Assembly: GCA_023205875.1 (NCBI GenBank)
Contig: CP060761.1
Span: 186,001-250,000, forward strand
DNA length: 64,000 nucleotides
Reading direction: 5' to 3'
Source: Chloropicon primus
Taxonomy: Eukaryota
Of this stretch, positions 1 to 9,725 are shown piece after piece. The notes below the pieces were generated by a model. That model was not told where the DNA came from, did no database searches, and saw only the letters and a list, made by a program, of their open reading frames with translations. Every line of letters begins with the position of its first letter. Position 1 is the first letter of the stretch. Position numbers and translations under genes: made by a program.

Positions 1-3000
1 ACAGTGAGCGAAGGCAGCTTGAACGGCAGGGCCTGATAGCTCTTCCTGGCATTCTCCTCGATCGACCTGTTGAAGGCGCTCTTGGTCTTCTGATACGAGT
101 GACTGATGGCGGCGTTGAGGAGATTGTACTTGCTGTTCTTCTTGCTCTTGCCATTCGTTGTCAGCTTGACGCTGTTGCTGTACTTTCTGCTGTTGACAGC
201 GGCAACGTTGCTGTACTTCCTGCCCTTCGCCTTCTCCGAGATGCTTAAGTTGTCGTAGATCTCGGTCACGTCGACCACCTTGTCCTGAGGAGCATCTTTC
301 ATCGCCGAGAAGTTGGTGTACATGGAAGCCTGGTCCTCGGGAACCTCAAGCCTTCCGTCCAGAACGAATTCTGACCCAGAGATAATCAAGGAGTGCGTCA
401 GCTGCAGCTGCTCGTAGATGTTCTCGTTGCAGCGGACACCTCCCAGGAAGGTGCTCTCCGCGCACAGCTCAGCGGAAATGTCGTACACCTGGCCCTCCAC
501 GTCACAGATTTCCTTGGTCTTCGTGTTCTTCCTCAAGAACGCGGACCCGTACGCGATGCCAGCGGCGATCTCGTAAAGCATCTCCTGCTCGTCGTAGTTC
601 TCGTCGTTGTACTTCTCGATGCACTTGTTGACCTGGAGGGCGGAGTCAGCGATCTTGATCAACATCTCCTTGGAGCTCAGCTTTTCCCTGGACGTGTGGA
701 TCGGTTCAGAGATCAGCCGGAAGGAGTTGGTGCTCCACCGCAGGAAGACCAAGTGAAAGTCCCTCGCCACCTTGTTGCACGTCTCAAAGACCCTGTCCAT
801 GAGCTCGTGGGGGATGAGGGCGTTCTCGTCCTCGGCGGTGATCTTGCCCACAAGCAACGCGCAGTCCGTCGTAAAATCCATGAAAGTCTCGTTGTGGTCG
901 ATCAGCTCATCGATCCTCAGGTCGGTTACTTTCTTTGGGGCGCTCGGCACATCCTTGCTCGCCTCCTTCTTGGTTTGGGTGGCGTTCATGTTCGTCCTCG
1001 CTTGGATGAACTTGGCCAAGTCGTGGGTCTTGTCCTTGAGCGCGTCACTTGCAGCAGCCAGGCCATATTTCACGGTCATGTCTTCGATCTTCTCGGTCTC
1101 CTCGTCATCCCCCAGCAAGTCCTCGATCTTCTTCTGCTTCTCGTTGGACTTCTTGCCGTTCTTGATCTTCCTCTGGAACTTGGCGTTCAGCTCTGTGTTC
1201 TTCTTCCTCATGATGTCATAATTCCTGAAGGCGCTCGTGTGCGAGTTCACCTTTGGTGATTTTGGGGGCAGCGTGGACTCGATCAAGGTCTTCCTGTACT
1301 GGCTTGACGTCAGGTGCTGGGTGATGCACGTCTGAGTCTGCTCATCGCTCAAGTTGTCGGACAGGCTCTCCTTGATGATTTGCAGGGTCATCGAATTCAA
1401 CCTCAGGAAAAAATCGTGCAGACTCAGGACGTACGTCGTGGTCTCCACCACGGTGACGACGCTGTAGGGCTGGTCAGTCTTCGTCAGGATGGCGTTGTGG
1501 CCGAAATAAGTGCCTGGGTCGTACACGCCCAAGAGGGCGTGGCCAAACTGCTGCTCAGAGTTTTTGCTCTTCTTCTTCAAGGGGACGCTCTTGATGACTT
1601 GGACGGTCCCTCTCACCACGAAGTGGACGTTGGACGCGTCGTCCCCCTGGGCCAGGATGATCTTGTTTCTGGGGTGGTCGACCTCGGAGAGGTAGCAAAC
1701 GAACTCAGCGAGCTCCGTGATGCTGCACTTCTGGAAGATGGGCAACTTGCAAAGGAAATCCACCTTGTCCAAAATCTTCCTCTGGTGCCTTGTCTTGATG
1801 GTCCTGTCGTAGTCAGGCTTGTCGATGACAACAAAGAAGGTGGGCTCGTCCGTCTGGACAGTCGCGGCCCTGGGCTGATTTTTCAGGAGCGAGAGCTCAC
1901 CAAACGAGTCGCCGGGCCCCCTGGTACACAACAGGATTCGCCCCCCCTCCTCGTCCTCCTCCTCCTCGTTGTTCTCGCCGTCTCCCTCGCCGCCCCCTTC
2001 TCCCTCTGGCTTTGCGTCGTCCTCGCCCTCCTTGTTCTCTGGCTCCTGCTTGGGGGCAGGGATGGGCACCTGGACCTCGCCATCGTCGTCGCTGCTCGAT
2101 TCTTCGCTGCTCGACTCGCTGCTGCTGGGGGACTCCGAGCTTTCTCCCGATTCCCTCTCGCTCATTCCCTCCTCCTCTTCGCTGTAGCCCGATTGGTCCG
2201 TGTACTCGGACTCGTTGCTGCTCTCCAGATCCTCTTTGGGCTCCAGCCAGATCGACACGGACCCGTACAGGATAATGTAGAAGGAATCGCCCTCGTCCCC
2301 CTGCCTCACCACGATCTCGTCCTCGTCGTACTCCTCGAGCTTGAACATCTTACACAAGTCCCTCGACAAGTTTTCCTCGAGCTCGGTGAAGAACTTCATC
2401 TTCTTGACGAAAGAGTAGAGGAGGTCAACATCCTTCTCGTCACGCTCCCAAGACTCCTTGGCCAGGACCTCCAAAAAGGGGGCGATGGCCTTCTCGGCCT
2501 CCCTCGCTTTCGACATCTTCTTGGTGTAACGCTTCCAGGAAAGGAACATGCTCTGCACCTCCCTCATCTTCCATTTGGCGATGATCCTCCTCACCCTCTC
2601 GTTGTGGGTGAGCACGTCGTCCCTCTGGGCTAGCCTCTCCGCCTTTGCCCTCTCGTGCTTCTTCACCTCCTCCTCGCTCTGAATCTTGATCGCCTTGTGC
2701 TGCTTCGCCTCCTTCTCCCTCCTCCTCATCTCCTGCTCGAACTCGGACTGGAGGAACACGGAGGACTGCCTTTTGCTCATTCTCGAGGTGGGGTCAATCT
2801 CCCCGACCGCCATGACGCTCTGCCGGTGCATCATGGACGACTGCCTCCGGAACATGATCGACTCGCGCTTTCCTCCCATCTGCCCTCCCATCTGGTTCGG
2901 CAGCATCATCGACGACTCCCTGCGGACCATCATCGATGACTCCCTTCGACCCATCTTGGACATCCTCCTGTTCTGGCCCCCGGCCAGGTGACCCGGTGCC

Positions 3001-3683
3001 ATCATGGTGCTCTGCCTCCTGCCGTCCCCGCCTCCCAGCCCCGTGGCGTTCGCGAAATCCATCAAGGAAGTTCTCCTCCTCCCCCCGAGGCCCTCCCCGC
3101 CGTCTTGGCTGATGACCACGGACTCCCTCTTCCTCATGCTCATCTTGGGAGGACTTGGGTCGTCCGAAGCGGTCTCCGCCGGGGGAGGCTGTTGCGGTGG
3201 CGGGGCCGCGGAAGCTGGATCCCCGCCGCCCGCATTCGCCTCCCCCGCCCCTGCCTCTGCACCGGCGGCGGCTTTCTTCGCCAAGCCGCCAAGGCCGCCA
3301 CCGAAGCCCCTGATGGCGCTCAACTTCATCTTTCCCTTGCTCCACAGGCTCTTTGCGGACCTCTGCTGGTTCTCGAGAATGTTCGGCAGAGCGATGGCTC
3401 TCTCCCTCTGCCTGCGGACCGGCTGCACCGCTTCCCCATCAGATCCCCCCTCCTCCTTGCCCCCGGTTTGAATCTTCGAGCTCTTCCTCCTCTTTATCTT
3501 CTCCTTCGGAGGCTCTGGCTTGGAGGAGGAGGAGTCTTCCTCCTCCTCCTCCCCCCCCTCCTCCCCCTCCGCTATGCTCATCGAGGCCAGGCCTCCCACC
3601 TTCGAGGACTTCCTCCTCCGCGATGGCTGAGCCTCCTCCCCGTTGCTCCCCTTATTCTCGTTGTCTTCAGAGATGCTGAACAT
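1..3683 (-). CDS. Cyclic-nucleotide-binding domain protein (two cNMP domains); 3' end runs off the window
   Basis: Minus-strand frame from ATG at 3683 is open to the window edge, so it is absent from the ORF track. Motifs GDSFYIILYGSV, GDSFGELALL..PRAATV and QGDDASNVHFVVRGTV..GTYFG. In-register antisense shadow ORFs at 393, 1314, 2655 and 2988. Confidence 0.8.
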   Translation of the reverse strand, partial: MFSISEDNENKGSNGEEAQPSRRRKSSKVGGLASMSIAEGEEGGEEEEEDSSSSKPEPPKEKIKRRKSSKIQTGGKEEGGSDGEAVQPVRRQRERAIALPNILENQQRSAKSLWSKGKMKLSAIRGFGGGLGGLAKKAAAGAEAGAGEANAGGGDPASAAPPPQQPPPAETASDDPSPPKMSMRKRESVVISQDGGEGLGGRRRTSLMDFANATGLGGGDGRRQSTMMAPGHLAGGQNRRMSKMGRRESSMMVRRESSMMLPNQMGGQMGGKRESIMFRRQSSMMHRQSVMAVGEIDPTSRMSKRQSSVFLQSEFEQEMRRREKEAKQHKAIKIQSEEEVKKHERAKAERLAQRDDVLTHNERVRRIIAKWKMREVQSMFLSWKRYTKKMSKAREAEKAIAPFLEVLAKESWERDEKDVDLLYSFVKKMKFFTELEENLSRDLCKMFKLEEYDEDEIVVRQGDEGDSFYIILYGSVSIWLEPKEDLESSNESEYTDQSGYSEEEEGMSERESGESSESPSSSESSSEESSSDDDGEVQVPIPAPKQEPENKEGEDDAKPEGEGGGEGDGENNEEEEDEEGGRILLCTRGPGDSFGELSLLKNQPRAATVQTDEPTFFVVIDKPDYDRTIKTRHQRKILDKVDFLCKLPIFQKCSITELAEFVCYLSEVDHPRNKIILAQGDDASNVHFVVRGTVQVIKSVPLKKKSKNSEQQFGHALLGVYDPGTYFGHNAILTKTDQPYSVVTVVETTTYVLSLHDFFLRLNSMTLQIIKESLSDNLSDEQTQTCITQHLTSSQYRKTLIESTLPPKSPKVNSHTSAFRNYDIMRKKNTELNAKFQRKIKNGKKSNEKQKKIEDLLGDDEETEKIEDMTVKYGLAAASDALKDKTHDLAKFIQARTNMNATQTKKEASKDVPSAPKKVTDLRIDELIDHNETFMDFTTDCALLVGKITAEDENALIPHELMDRVFETCNKVARDFHLVFLRWSTNSFRLISEPIHTSREKLSSKEMLIKIADSALQVNKCIEKYNDENYDEQEMLYEIAAGIAYGSAFLRKNTKTKEICDVEGQVYDISAELCAESTFLGGVRCNENIYEQLQLTHSLIISGSEFVLDGRLEVPEDQASMYTNFSAMKDAPQDKVVDVTEIYDNLSISEKAKGRKYSNVAAVNSRKYSNSVKLTTNGKSKKNSKYNLLNAAISHSYQKTKSAFNRSIEENARKSYQALPFKLPSLT

Positions 3684-4431
3684 CTTCCCAGCAACAGGGC
3701 ACAGTCAACAAGGCAGGTGGGTCCTCCCAAGTAGTCGCAAGCCTCGTCCTCGTCCTCTCACACCTACCCCCCCTGCTCCATCAAAATTCTCGCACTCTCT
3801 GAACCCCTCCACTCTCAAACCCACAGCACTCGCACCATCACAACAAACTCCAGTATATATACACCCACTCGCCTCAATGCCTTGGGCCTGTTTGTTTCGG
3901 GACACAAGGTAGCCTCAATGCCTTGGCAACCTCCTTGGTCTCCACCTTTGTGCAATCCAAAGGAAAAGGAAAAGGAAAAAGGAATAGGAGAACAAAACTA
4001 AAGGAAAAGGAAACCACAAAAGGGAAAGAAACCCTTGGCGGAGACAATCTCTCGTCCTCCTCTCTCTCACTCTCACTCTCTGGTGTTCCTCCTCAATGCT
4101 GCCTTTGACTAAATTGTCCATAGGATCAACGACACACCACATATAAGTGTACCAATTATGTACACCCGTTACTCGTCTTTAGGATCTCTGAGGATCTCAT
4201 CCTCTCTGAGGGGACGGTGACAGTGACAGTGAACCTCCTCTTCAAGCGGCTGTAGGGAACGAGAAAGCGAACGAAGTGGACGGCAGGGAACGCAGAGAGA
4301 ACACACATGTCGTGAGCTTCCCACTCGTGCCTCACTTGCTCGGTTTGGACGAGTATCGCGAAAGCACTGGTCCATCATAGGGTCCATAGGAGGAGGAGGA
4401 CGATTCGAATGGACTGCTGGATTGGAAGGAA

Positions 4432-6213
4432 GTGATGGTTGTGTCCATCGTGTCCTCGAGCCCCGGTGCGGCGAGGAGGGGGTCGACGAAAGGGAGGAGG
4501 TCGGTGGGTCAGCAGGTGTCTTGCTCTCACCGCGTGGGTGCGAGTCGAGCAGATGGTTACTGCCCTCCGACGCCACGGGAAGGGCTTGAGGAGCTTGGGT
4601 TGGATGTGACGGGTGTTCCAAAGAGGAAGGGCATCAGAAAGCGACTGGTTGCTGGCCTGAAGAATGTTGTGGGGTCGGTGGCCAGCTACGCGCTGGTGAG
4701 GAGACCGGGGAAGAAGTCCATCGTTCTCGAACCGCCGGAGCGGGTCGGTGGAGAAGTGGGACCAGATGCACTCCTCGTCGTGTTCTGCGGCGGAAGGGTT
4801 TCGCCGAGCCACTACGTGGAGCTGTCTCGATCCGTCCAGAAGCACACAGGCACGAGGCTGTGGGTCGTCATTCCCAAGTTTGCCAGGGACCTGAGCTTTG
4901 AGAAGTCTGCTCGCGTGATGTTTGACGTCTCCCTCGCGATGGCCAAGGAGGCAGGGTTCGACGCGGAGGGAAAATCGGTGCCCGCGGAGTCCGTCTACGT
5001 CGTAGGCCACAGCTGGGGAGGTTATGCGGCCAGGGGCATCGCTCTGGAGAAGAGTGCGGGCCTTGTCCTTCTGAACAGCTGGCTCGGGAGGTTCAGGGAG
5101 CGCGTCCCCGCGCTCATGATGGAAAGGACCCGGTACTCGGTCGACGTGTCAGAGTACGCCAAGCCTTTCCTCGTGCTGTCTGGGGACAGAGACGGTCAGA
5201 TGAGACCGAGCCACATCGCCGAGGCGTTCCACATGTCGGAGAAGTACAAGGAGCTCACAGGCTGCGGAGACGTCTTTGCAGCAAAGACCAAGGGCGTGGT
5301 GTGCTTGCAGGGATTGAATCACTCTGTGCACATCAACGACGACCCGAACTACGGGAGGGGGGATACGAGCGCTGGCGTGGGCAGGGAGGATGCCGTGGAC
5401 CTTGTGGCGTCGACGATTGCAGCATGGATCGATTCCAACCGCATGAGCTCCGCTTCTGCAGCGGAGACGCTTCTCGTGAGAAGAGTGAAGGAAACGGGGG
5501 ATCTCCTCTCTCCTCTCATTGCCTCCGGGACGGGCAGAAGCGAGGACGGCCAAATACGCGAGCTGGCTGCTCTTGCACAGGAGAGAGCGGCAAACGTGTC
5601 TGGCCTCGACCAAGGCGAAATCTCCACGGCCGTGGTGGAGGACTTCAAGAACTTCGTTTACTCGAAGCCTCTCGTGTTCCAGAACACCGAAACCGGAAAG
5701 GCGACGGTCATGGTGAGCGCGCTCGTGGTCTGGGACGAGTCGGGCATGGGAGGCGTGAACAACAGCAGGAACCGTGGCTCCGCCGAGGTTTGGGTCAAGA
5801 TGAAATCCCAGGAGTACTGCTGCGAGTCGGGGCTCATGGGGGCGGCGAAGGGGGCTGCCCGCAGCGCCAAGGAAATCAATGAGGAAACTTTCGCAAAGGC
5901 TTTGGAAATGGTCTCGCCCTGGCAGAGGGAGAGGTACGAGCGAGAAGGCAGGAAGCTTGTGTTTGCGCCAGATCGAGAGCTTCCAGCCGGTCCGCCGTGG
6001 CTAGCCGCGCCGATGGTGTACTCACCAGAGTCTGGGGAGGATGGCAGCGCGCTCGTTCTCACGTGCCCGTCGGGGAAGAGTCCAACGGTGGGGCTCCCAG
6101 ACCGCTTTGCCGGAATGCACTACATCAAAATTCCCAGCTTGGCCAGCTTCGTCGAGTACATTCTTGTCGATGCTTTCATCCGAACCGAGGCTCTGCTTTA
6201 TGTAAGGCAGTAA
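4432..6213 (+). CDS. Alpha/beta-hydrolase fold protein, probably organelle-targeted
   Basis: 593-aa ORF with nucleophile elbow GHSWGG, candidate acid (GDRDG) and His (GLNH); Ser/Arg-rich N-terminus. Confidence 0.75.
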   Translation: MMVVSIVSSSPGAARRGSTKGRRSVGQQVSCSHRVGASRADGYCPPTPREGLEELGLDVTGVPKRKGIRKRLVAGLKNVVGSVASYALVRRPGKKSIVLEPPERVGGEVGPDALLVVFCGGRVSPSHYVELSRSVQKHTGTRLWVVIPKFARDLSFEKSARVMFDVSLAMAKEAGFDAEGKSVPAESVYVVGHSWGGYAARGIALEKSAGLVLLNSWLGRFRERVPALMMERTRYSVDVSEYAKPFLVLSGDRDGQMRPSHIAEAFHMSEKYKELTGCGDVFAAKTKGVVCLQGLNHSVHINDDPNYGRGDTSAGVGREDAVDLVASTIAAWIDSNRMSSASAAETLLVRRVKETGDLLSPLIASGTGRSEDGQIRELAALAQERAANVSGLDQGEISTAVVEDFKNFVYSKPLVFQNTETGKATVMVSALVVWDESGMGGVNNSRNRGSAEVWVKMKSQEYCCESGLMGAAKGAARSAKEINEETFAKALEMVSPWQRERYEREGRKLVFAPDRELPAGPPWLAAPMVYSPESGEDGSALVLTCPSGKSPTVGLPDRFAGMHYIKIPSLASFVEYILVDAFIRTEALLYVRQ

Positions 6214-6237
6214 GGCTTGTCGTCTTTAAATCGTGCA

Positions 6238-8175
6238 CTAGTTATTTTTTTGCGTGTTCGCAATGATGAGGTCTTGGATTCTTTGGGCCACCTCTTCTCT
6301 CTGCTGCTGGTGCCTCCTTTGGACCTCGAGTCGATTGGAGTTGCCCGCAGCCGATAATGTTTTGGCACTCTCGTAGCACAAGAGCTCCTCCTGCCTCACC
6401 AGGATGTCCAGCTGCTCGCTGAAAGTGAGGTCCGCTTTCCCTCTCGATTCGACCGCCGTGGCACCTGCCCGCCGGTCAACCAAGTGACTCGACGCCATGG
6501 AAACCGGGAGTATCATTTAGGGAAACCTTACATATGTGTATCGAAGCGAGCCTTGGCCCCTGGGCGGCGTCACCCAGTTCACTAGGGGCTCCATCGGCGA
6601 GCCGTGGACCATGGCGATGGCGTGCAGCACGAGCCACCTCTCCGCGCCGTGGAGGGAGGGGAAGCAAAGGTGGACTCTCCCGAGCCTGAGAAAATAAGAG
6701 CGGCAACAAAAGGGGAGTTTATAAATACTACAAAAGCTGTGTTTTTTCCAAAAGTGATCCCATGGCTTTTGGCGGGAATTTTGAAAATCGGCGGGAGGAG
6801 AAGCGAACCGAAAAACTAAAAGTAACGGACGGGCGTCGAGGCCGAGGGACAGAAGACGGAGCGCGACCATGCCCAAGGGGGTGTTCAATAACAAGCGCCG
6901 CAAGAAGAAGCCGTACGGAGTGCGTATCGGTCGCCCCACGGAATACTTCGCCACCGTGGCGTACCGCGCGGGCAAACTCAAGAAGAGGGAGACCGATCGA
7001 GCCGCGCTCGCGGTGAAGCGCGCCCGCAACCTGGCGATCTACGGCCGGAGCTCCGCCACGGAGCGCGAAGTGGCGCTCGCCCTCGTCGCCAAATGGCAGG
7101 CGACCATCCCCGGGAGCGCGGCGCTCGTGCTAAACGACGGTACGAAAGCAGACGTCCTCCTCCGCCTGAGCGAGGAGGACGCGTGGCTGCCGGTGCAGCT
7201 CAAGACGACGAGCGGCGCCATGAAGGGTAGACCGAATACGTGGCTCTTCAACAACGTCACCGGCTACTCGGGGATGTGTGTGGTGTGCTGGCGGTGCGAC
7301 GTCGGCGACGCGTGGGTGTACAACGGCGACGCGCTGAACAAGCGCGTCAAGCAGCACCTGAGCGTCACCCCCCGCCGCAAGAACTGTAAGAACTGTGAGC
7401 TCGCGCTCGCGCGTGACCTCAACCTCGACGCGCTCGTGCAATGGCTGAGCGAGCAGGCCCAGGCCCAGGCCCAGGCCCAGGCCCAGGCCCAGGCCCATCT
7501 GTGTCGGTGGACGACCGTCACCGAGCACGCCGCGCGGCACGACTTCGCGTCCGCGGCCCAAGCGCTCGAGATGCGCGGCATCGACGCGTTCAAGGCGAGC
7601 TTCCCAAAGCACCGCTACGCCTTCCCCGAGGGACAGAACACCCAAGTCGACCTGCTGAAGGATGCGACGACGCGCCAGCAGTTCAAGACGGCGCGCGCGG
7701 CGTCTAACGGCGTCGCCGGGTTTATGTGCGACCTGTACACCTACGCCGGGCGTGACGAGGCGGGCAAGGAGCTGAAAGATCCTTACCCGGCAGGGGCGTT
7801 CGACGAGCTAGTGGCGGTGGCGTGGGTGGAAGGCAAAGCATACTTTTGGATCATCCCCGCGGCAGAGCTGGAGGCGAAAGGGTACCTGCAATCGGAGTCG
7901 CAGCCTGGGAAGACGTGCCTGAAGCTGCACGCGTCGCAGATTGGCGTGCAGCCGAACCCGCACGCGCGTAACAAGGCAGACACGTGGACCCACAAGTACT
8001 TCCATTCCGCAGCTTAGCTTTCATCATGCTTTTTGATGTGGGGAGGTGAAGTCACTGTAAAGACAAAGGAAAGGGCCTTGGGCTTGGGGCTGCGCGTCCG
8101 TTTGTGTGTAACTGAATTTTTTTCCAATTACGAGCCTTCGTCGTCGTCCGCCTCGGCCTCTTCGGCCCCGGACCT
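6238..8175 (-). CDS. Putative spliced host gene (partial; possible R3H-like segment) interrupted by the nuclease-bearing intron
   Basis: GC3-biased segments ~8175-8132 (EEAEADDDEGS), 6685-~6531 (LGRVHLCFPSLHGAERWLVLHAIAMVHG) and ~6470-6238 (..EEVAQRIQDLIIANTQKNN*). A GT-AG splice 8131->6686 joins the first two in frame. The start and the last junction are unresolved. Confidence 0.4.
6869..8017 (+). CDS. Tandem PD-(D/E)XK-like endonuclease with N-terminal basic NLS / AP2-like segment
   Basis: Two D..QxK motifs (D95..Q110-L-K112 and D261..Q271-F-K273), each preceded by a helix Glu and joined by a (QA)7 linker; KRRKKK near the N-terminus; intronless; Arg mostly CGN versus host AGR. Confidence 0.65.
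   Translation: MPKGVFNNKRRKKKPYGVRIGRPTEYFATVAYRAGKLKKRETDRAALAVKRARNLAIYGRSSATEREVALALVAKWQATIPGSAALVLNDGTKADVLLRLSEEDAWLPVQLKTTSGAMKGRPNTWLFNNVTGYSGMCVVCWRCDVGDAWVYNGDALNKRVKQHLSVTPRRKNCKNCELALARDLNLDALVQWLSEQAQAQAQAQAQAQAHLCRWTTVTEHAARHDFASAAQALEMRGIDAFKASFPKHRYAFPEGQNTQVDLLKDATTRQQFKTARAASNGVAGFMCDLYTYAGRDEAGKELKDPYPAGAFDELVAVAWVEGKAYFWIIPAAELEAKGYLQSESQPGKTCLKLHASQIGVQPNPHARNKADTWTHKYFHSAA
7454..7495 (+). repeat. (CAGGCC)7 coding microsatellite encoding the QA linker
   Basis: Seen directly. Confidence 0.95.
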
Positions 8176-8429
8176 CTCTCTCTTCCTTTCTCTCTCTCTC
8201 ACTCTTCCGTCCAAAGGTTGGTTCGTTCGGTCCGGAGAAGGTGGTCCTAACCAAACCAAACCAAGGGCAAGCTTTTTCTTCTTCTAAAACTAAACCCGGG
8301 CGTTCGCTCGCCTCGCGAAAGGAGGAAGCTGCAGAACAATCCACTCGTCCTGGTCCTGGTCCTGGTCCTGGTCCCTTCTTTCTCCTTCCGCCGTGGCCTT
8401 CGCGCCCCGCCTCGGCCTCCCTGAGTCCA

Positions 8430-8756
8430 AGGAGGGAGAGGAGGGAGGGGGGCTACTCGGAGAAGTTCTCGTACCTCGCGGTCCAGAAGGAGAAGGAGGA
8501 GGAGGGGGAGGAGGGGAAGGGGAACTCGATCGTGGAGCAGCTTGTGGGCGGGGAGAGGAAAGGGGGAAGAGAGGGAAGGATCGTGGGCACCCCGAGGAAG
8601 CGCGGGGGGCACGTTATCTTCCGCCTGTGCGATGATGAGGAGGGGCCAGCAGGAGGGGGAAGGGTCTCCAACGTGGTCGTGACGCGATCCGACCCCGAGT
8701 ACGGCGAACTCAAGGCCAAAAAGTGGGGGGACGTGATCGCGATGGGACGATCGTGA
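8430..8756 (+). pseudogene. Orphan C-terminal fragment of an Rsm22/METTL17-like mitoribosome methyltransferase
   Basis: EKFSYL...GRIVGTPRKRGGHVIFRLC...VVVTRS...KKWGD matches the Rsm22/METTL17 C-terminal pattern; no methyltransferase core or good start upstream. Confidence 0.55.
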
Positions 8757-8765
8757 TCGTGATGG

Positions 8766-9725
8766 TCATGACGACGACGAGGAGGAGGAGGAGGAGGAGG
8801 AGGACTTTGAGGATGGATATAGGGGGGGGGATAGGGGATCGTGCTGATGCTGATCTTCTGATCGTATTATTGTGTGTTGATCCCCAGTCGTCCAATGTAG
8901 TAGGAGCCTTGTGTTTTCTTCCTGGATAAGTGGTGTGTTCCTGTGTTTCCCAAGTCTAGTGGTGTGCTTGTCACCATCACCATCACCATCTCCCCTCATG
9001 TCCTCCTCCTCCTCCTCCTCGTTGGCGGGCCATATCCTGATTCCTGATGCTGATCTTCTGATCGTATTATTGTGTGTTGATCCCCAGTCGTCCACCCGAG
9101 GCAAACAGACGGAGGGGTCGCGCGGCTTGAGCTCAGACTCTGGTGCTGGAGGGGACGAGAGATCGCACCTCCCTTCCGCTGGTCTCTCGCCGTCTCGTCG
9201 CGCCAAGCTCGCTCGCTTCAGAGCCTGGCTCAAGGAATCGAGCTCGAGCTCGCGCACCGGTGCCTTGCAGGGGCTGCTTTGGCCTGGATCCACCACCACC
9301 CTCCTTGCCCGAGACCGCTGGGCTCGAGACTCCTCTTCACGCTTCCTTCGTGGTAGGACGTCTTTCCTGGCCTCTTCGTTCATCTTCCGCGCCTGTTTCA
9401 GGGATGTCCCCCTCCTGTGCTGCTCAGCCCTGGCTTGCCTCCTCGCCAGCTTGTCCAACTCCTTCCTGGACTTCTCCTCCCTCTGCTTATTCTCTTTGCG
9501 GCGGTTCTCCTCGAACCTCATGCTCCTTCGCCTGGCCACCTTTCTCATTTCATTCACTTTGTCCTCCCTCGCCTTCTCCGCCTTCTCGTTCGCAAGGACC
9601 AGCATCCTTTCCTTCACGGACGCGGACACGGTCCTCCTCACCGTTGTCCTCCCGAAAGATGGACTCTCAAGAGCCATCACCTCACCACCAGCAAGACCGG
9701 TTCCTTTCCCCTCGAGGGCTCCCAT
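8766..9725 (-). CDS. Hypothetical basic coiled-coil protein; 3' end uncertain
   Basis: 319-aa ORF with K/R/E-rich helical N-half; the C-terminus runs through a 51-bp duplication and low-complexity sequence. Confidence 0.5.
   Translation of the reverse strand: MGALEGKGTGLAGGEVMALESPSFGRTTVRRTVSASVKERMLVLANEKAEKAREDKVNEMRKVARRRSMRFEENRRKENKQREEKSRKELDKLARRQARAEQHRRGTSLKQARKMNEEARKDVLPRRKREEESRAQRSRARRVVVDPGQSSPCKAPVRELELDSLSQALKRASLARRDGERPAEGRCDLSSPPAPESELKPRDPSVCLPRVDDWGSTHNNTIRRSASGIRIWPANEEEEEEDMRGDGDGDGDKHTTRLGKHRNTPLIQEENTRLLLHWTTGDQHTIIRSEDQHQHDPLSPPLYPSSKSSSSSSSSSSSS
8844..9094. repeat. Perfect 51-bp direct repeat (8844-8894 = 9044-9094), 200-bp offset
   Basis: ctgatgctgatcttctgatcgtattattgtgtgttgatccccagtcgtcca occurs twice. 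Confidence 0.95.

Larger units (their letters stand above)
6688..8130. mobile_element. Putative selfish insertion carrying a nuclease gene; no terminal inverted repeats
   Basis: CGAGCCT direct repeat at 6681-6687 and 8131-8137, coinciding with abrupt GC-rich to AT-rich transitions; internal ORF with atypical codon usage. Confidence 0.55.

Noticed and set aside
3871..3927. 15-bp direct repeat gcctcaatgccttgg
   Set aside because: Short local duplication with no further structure.
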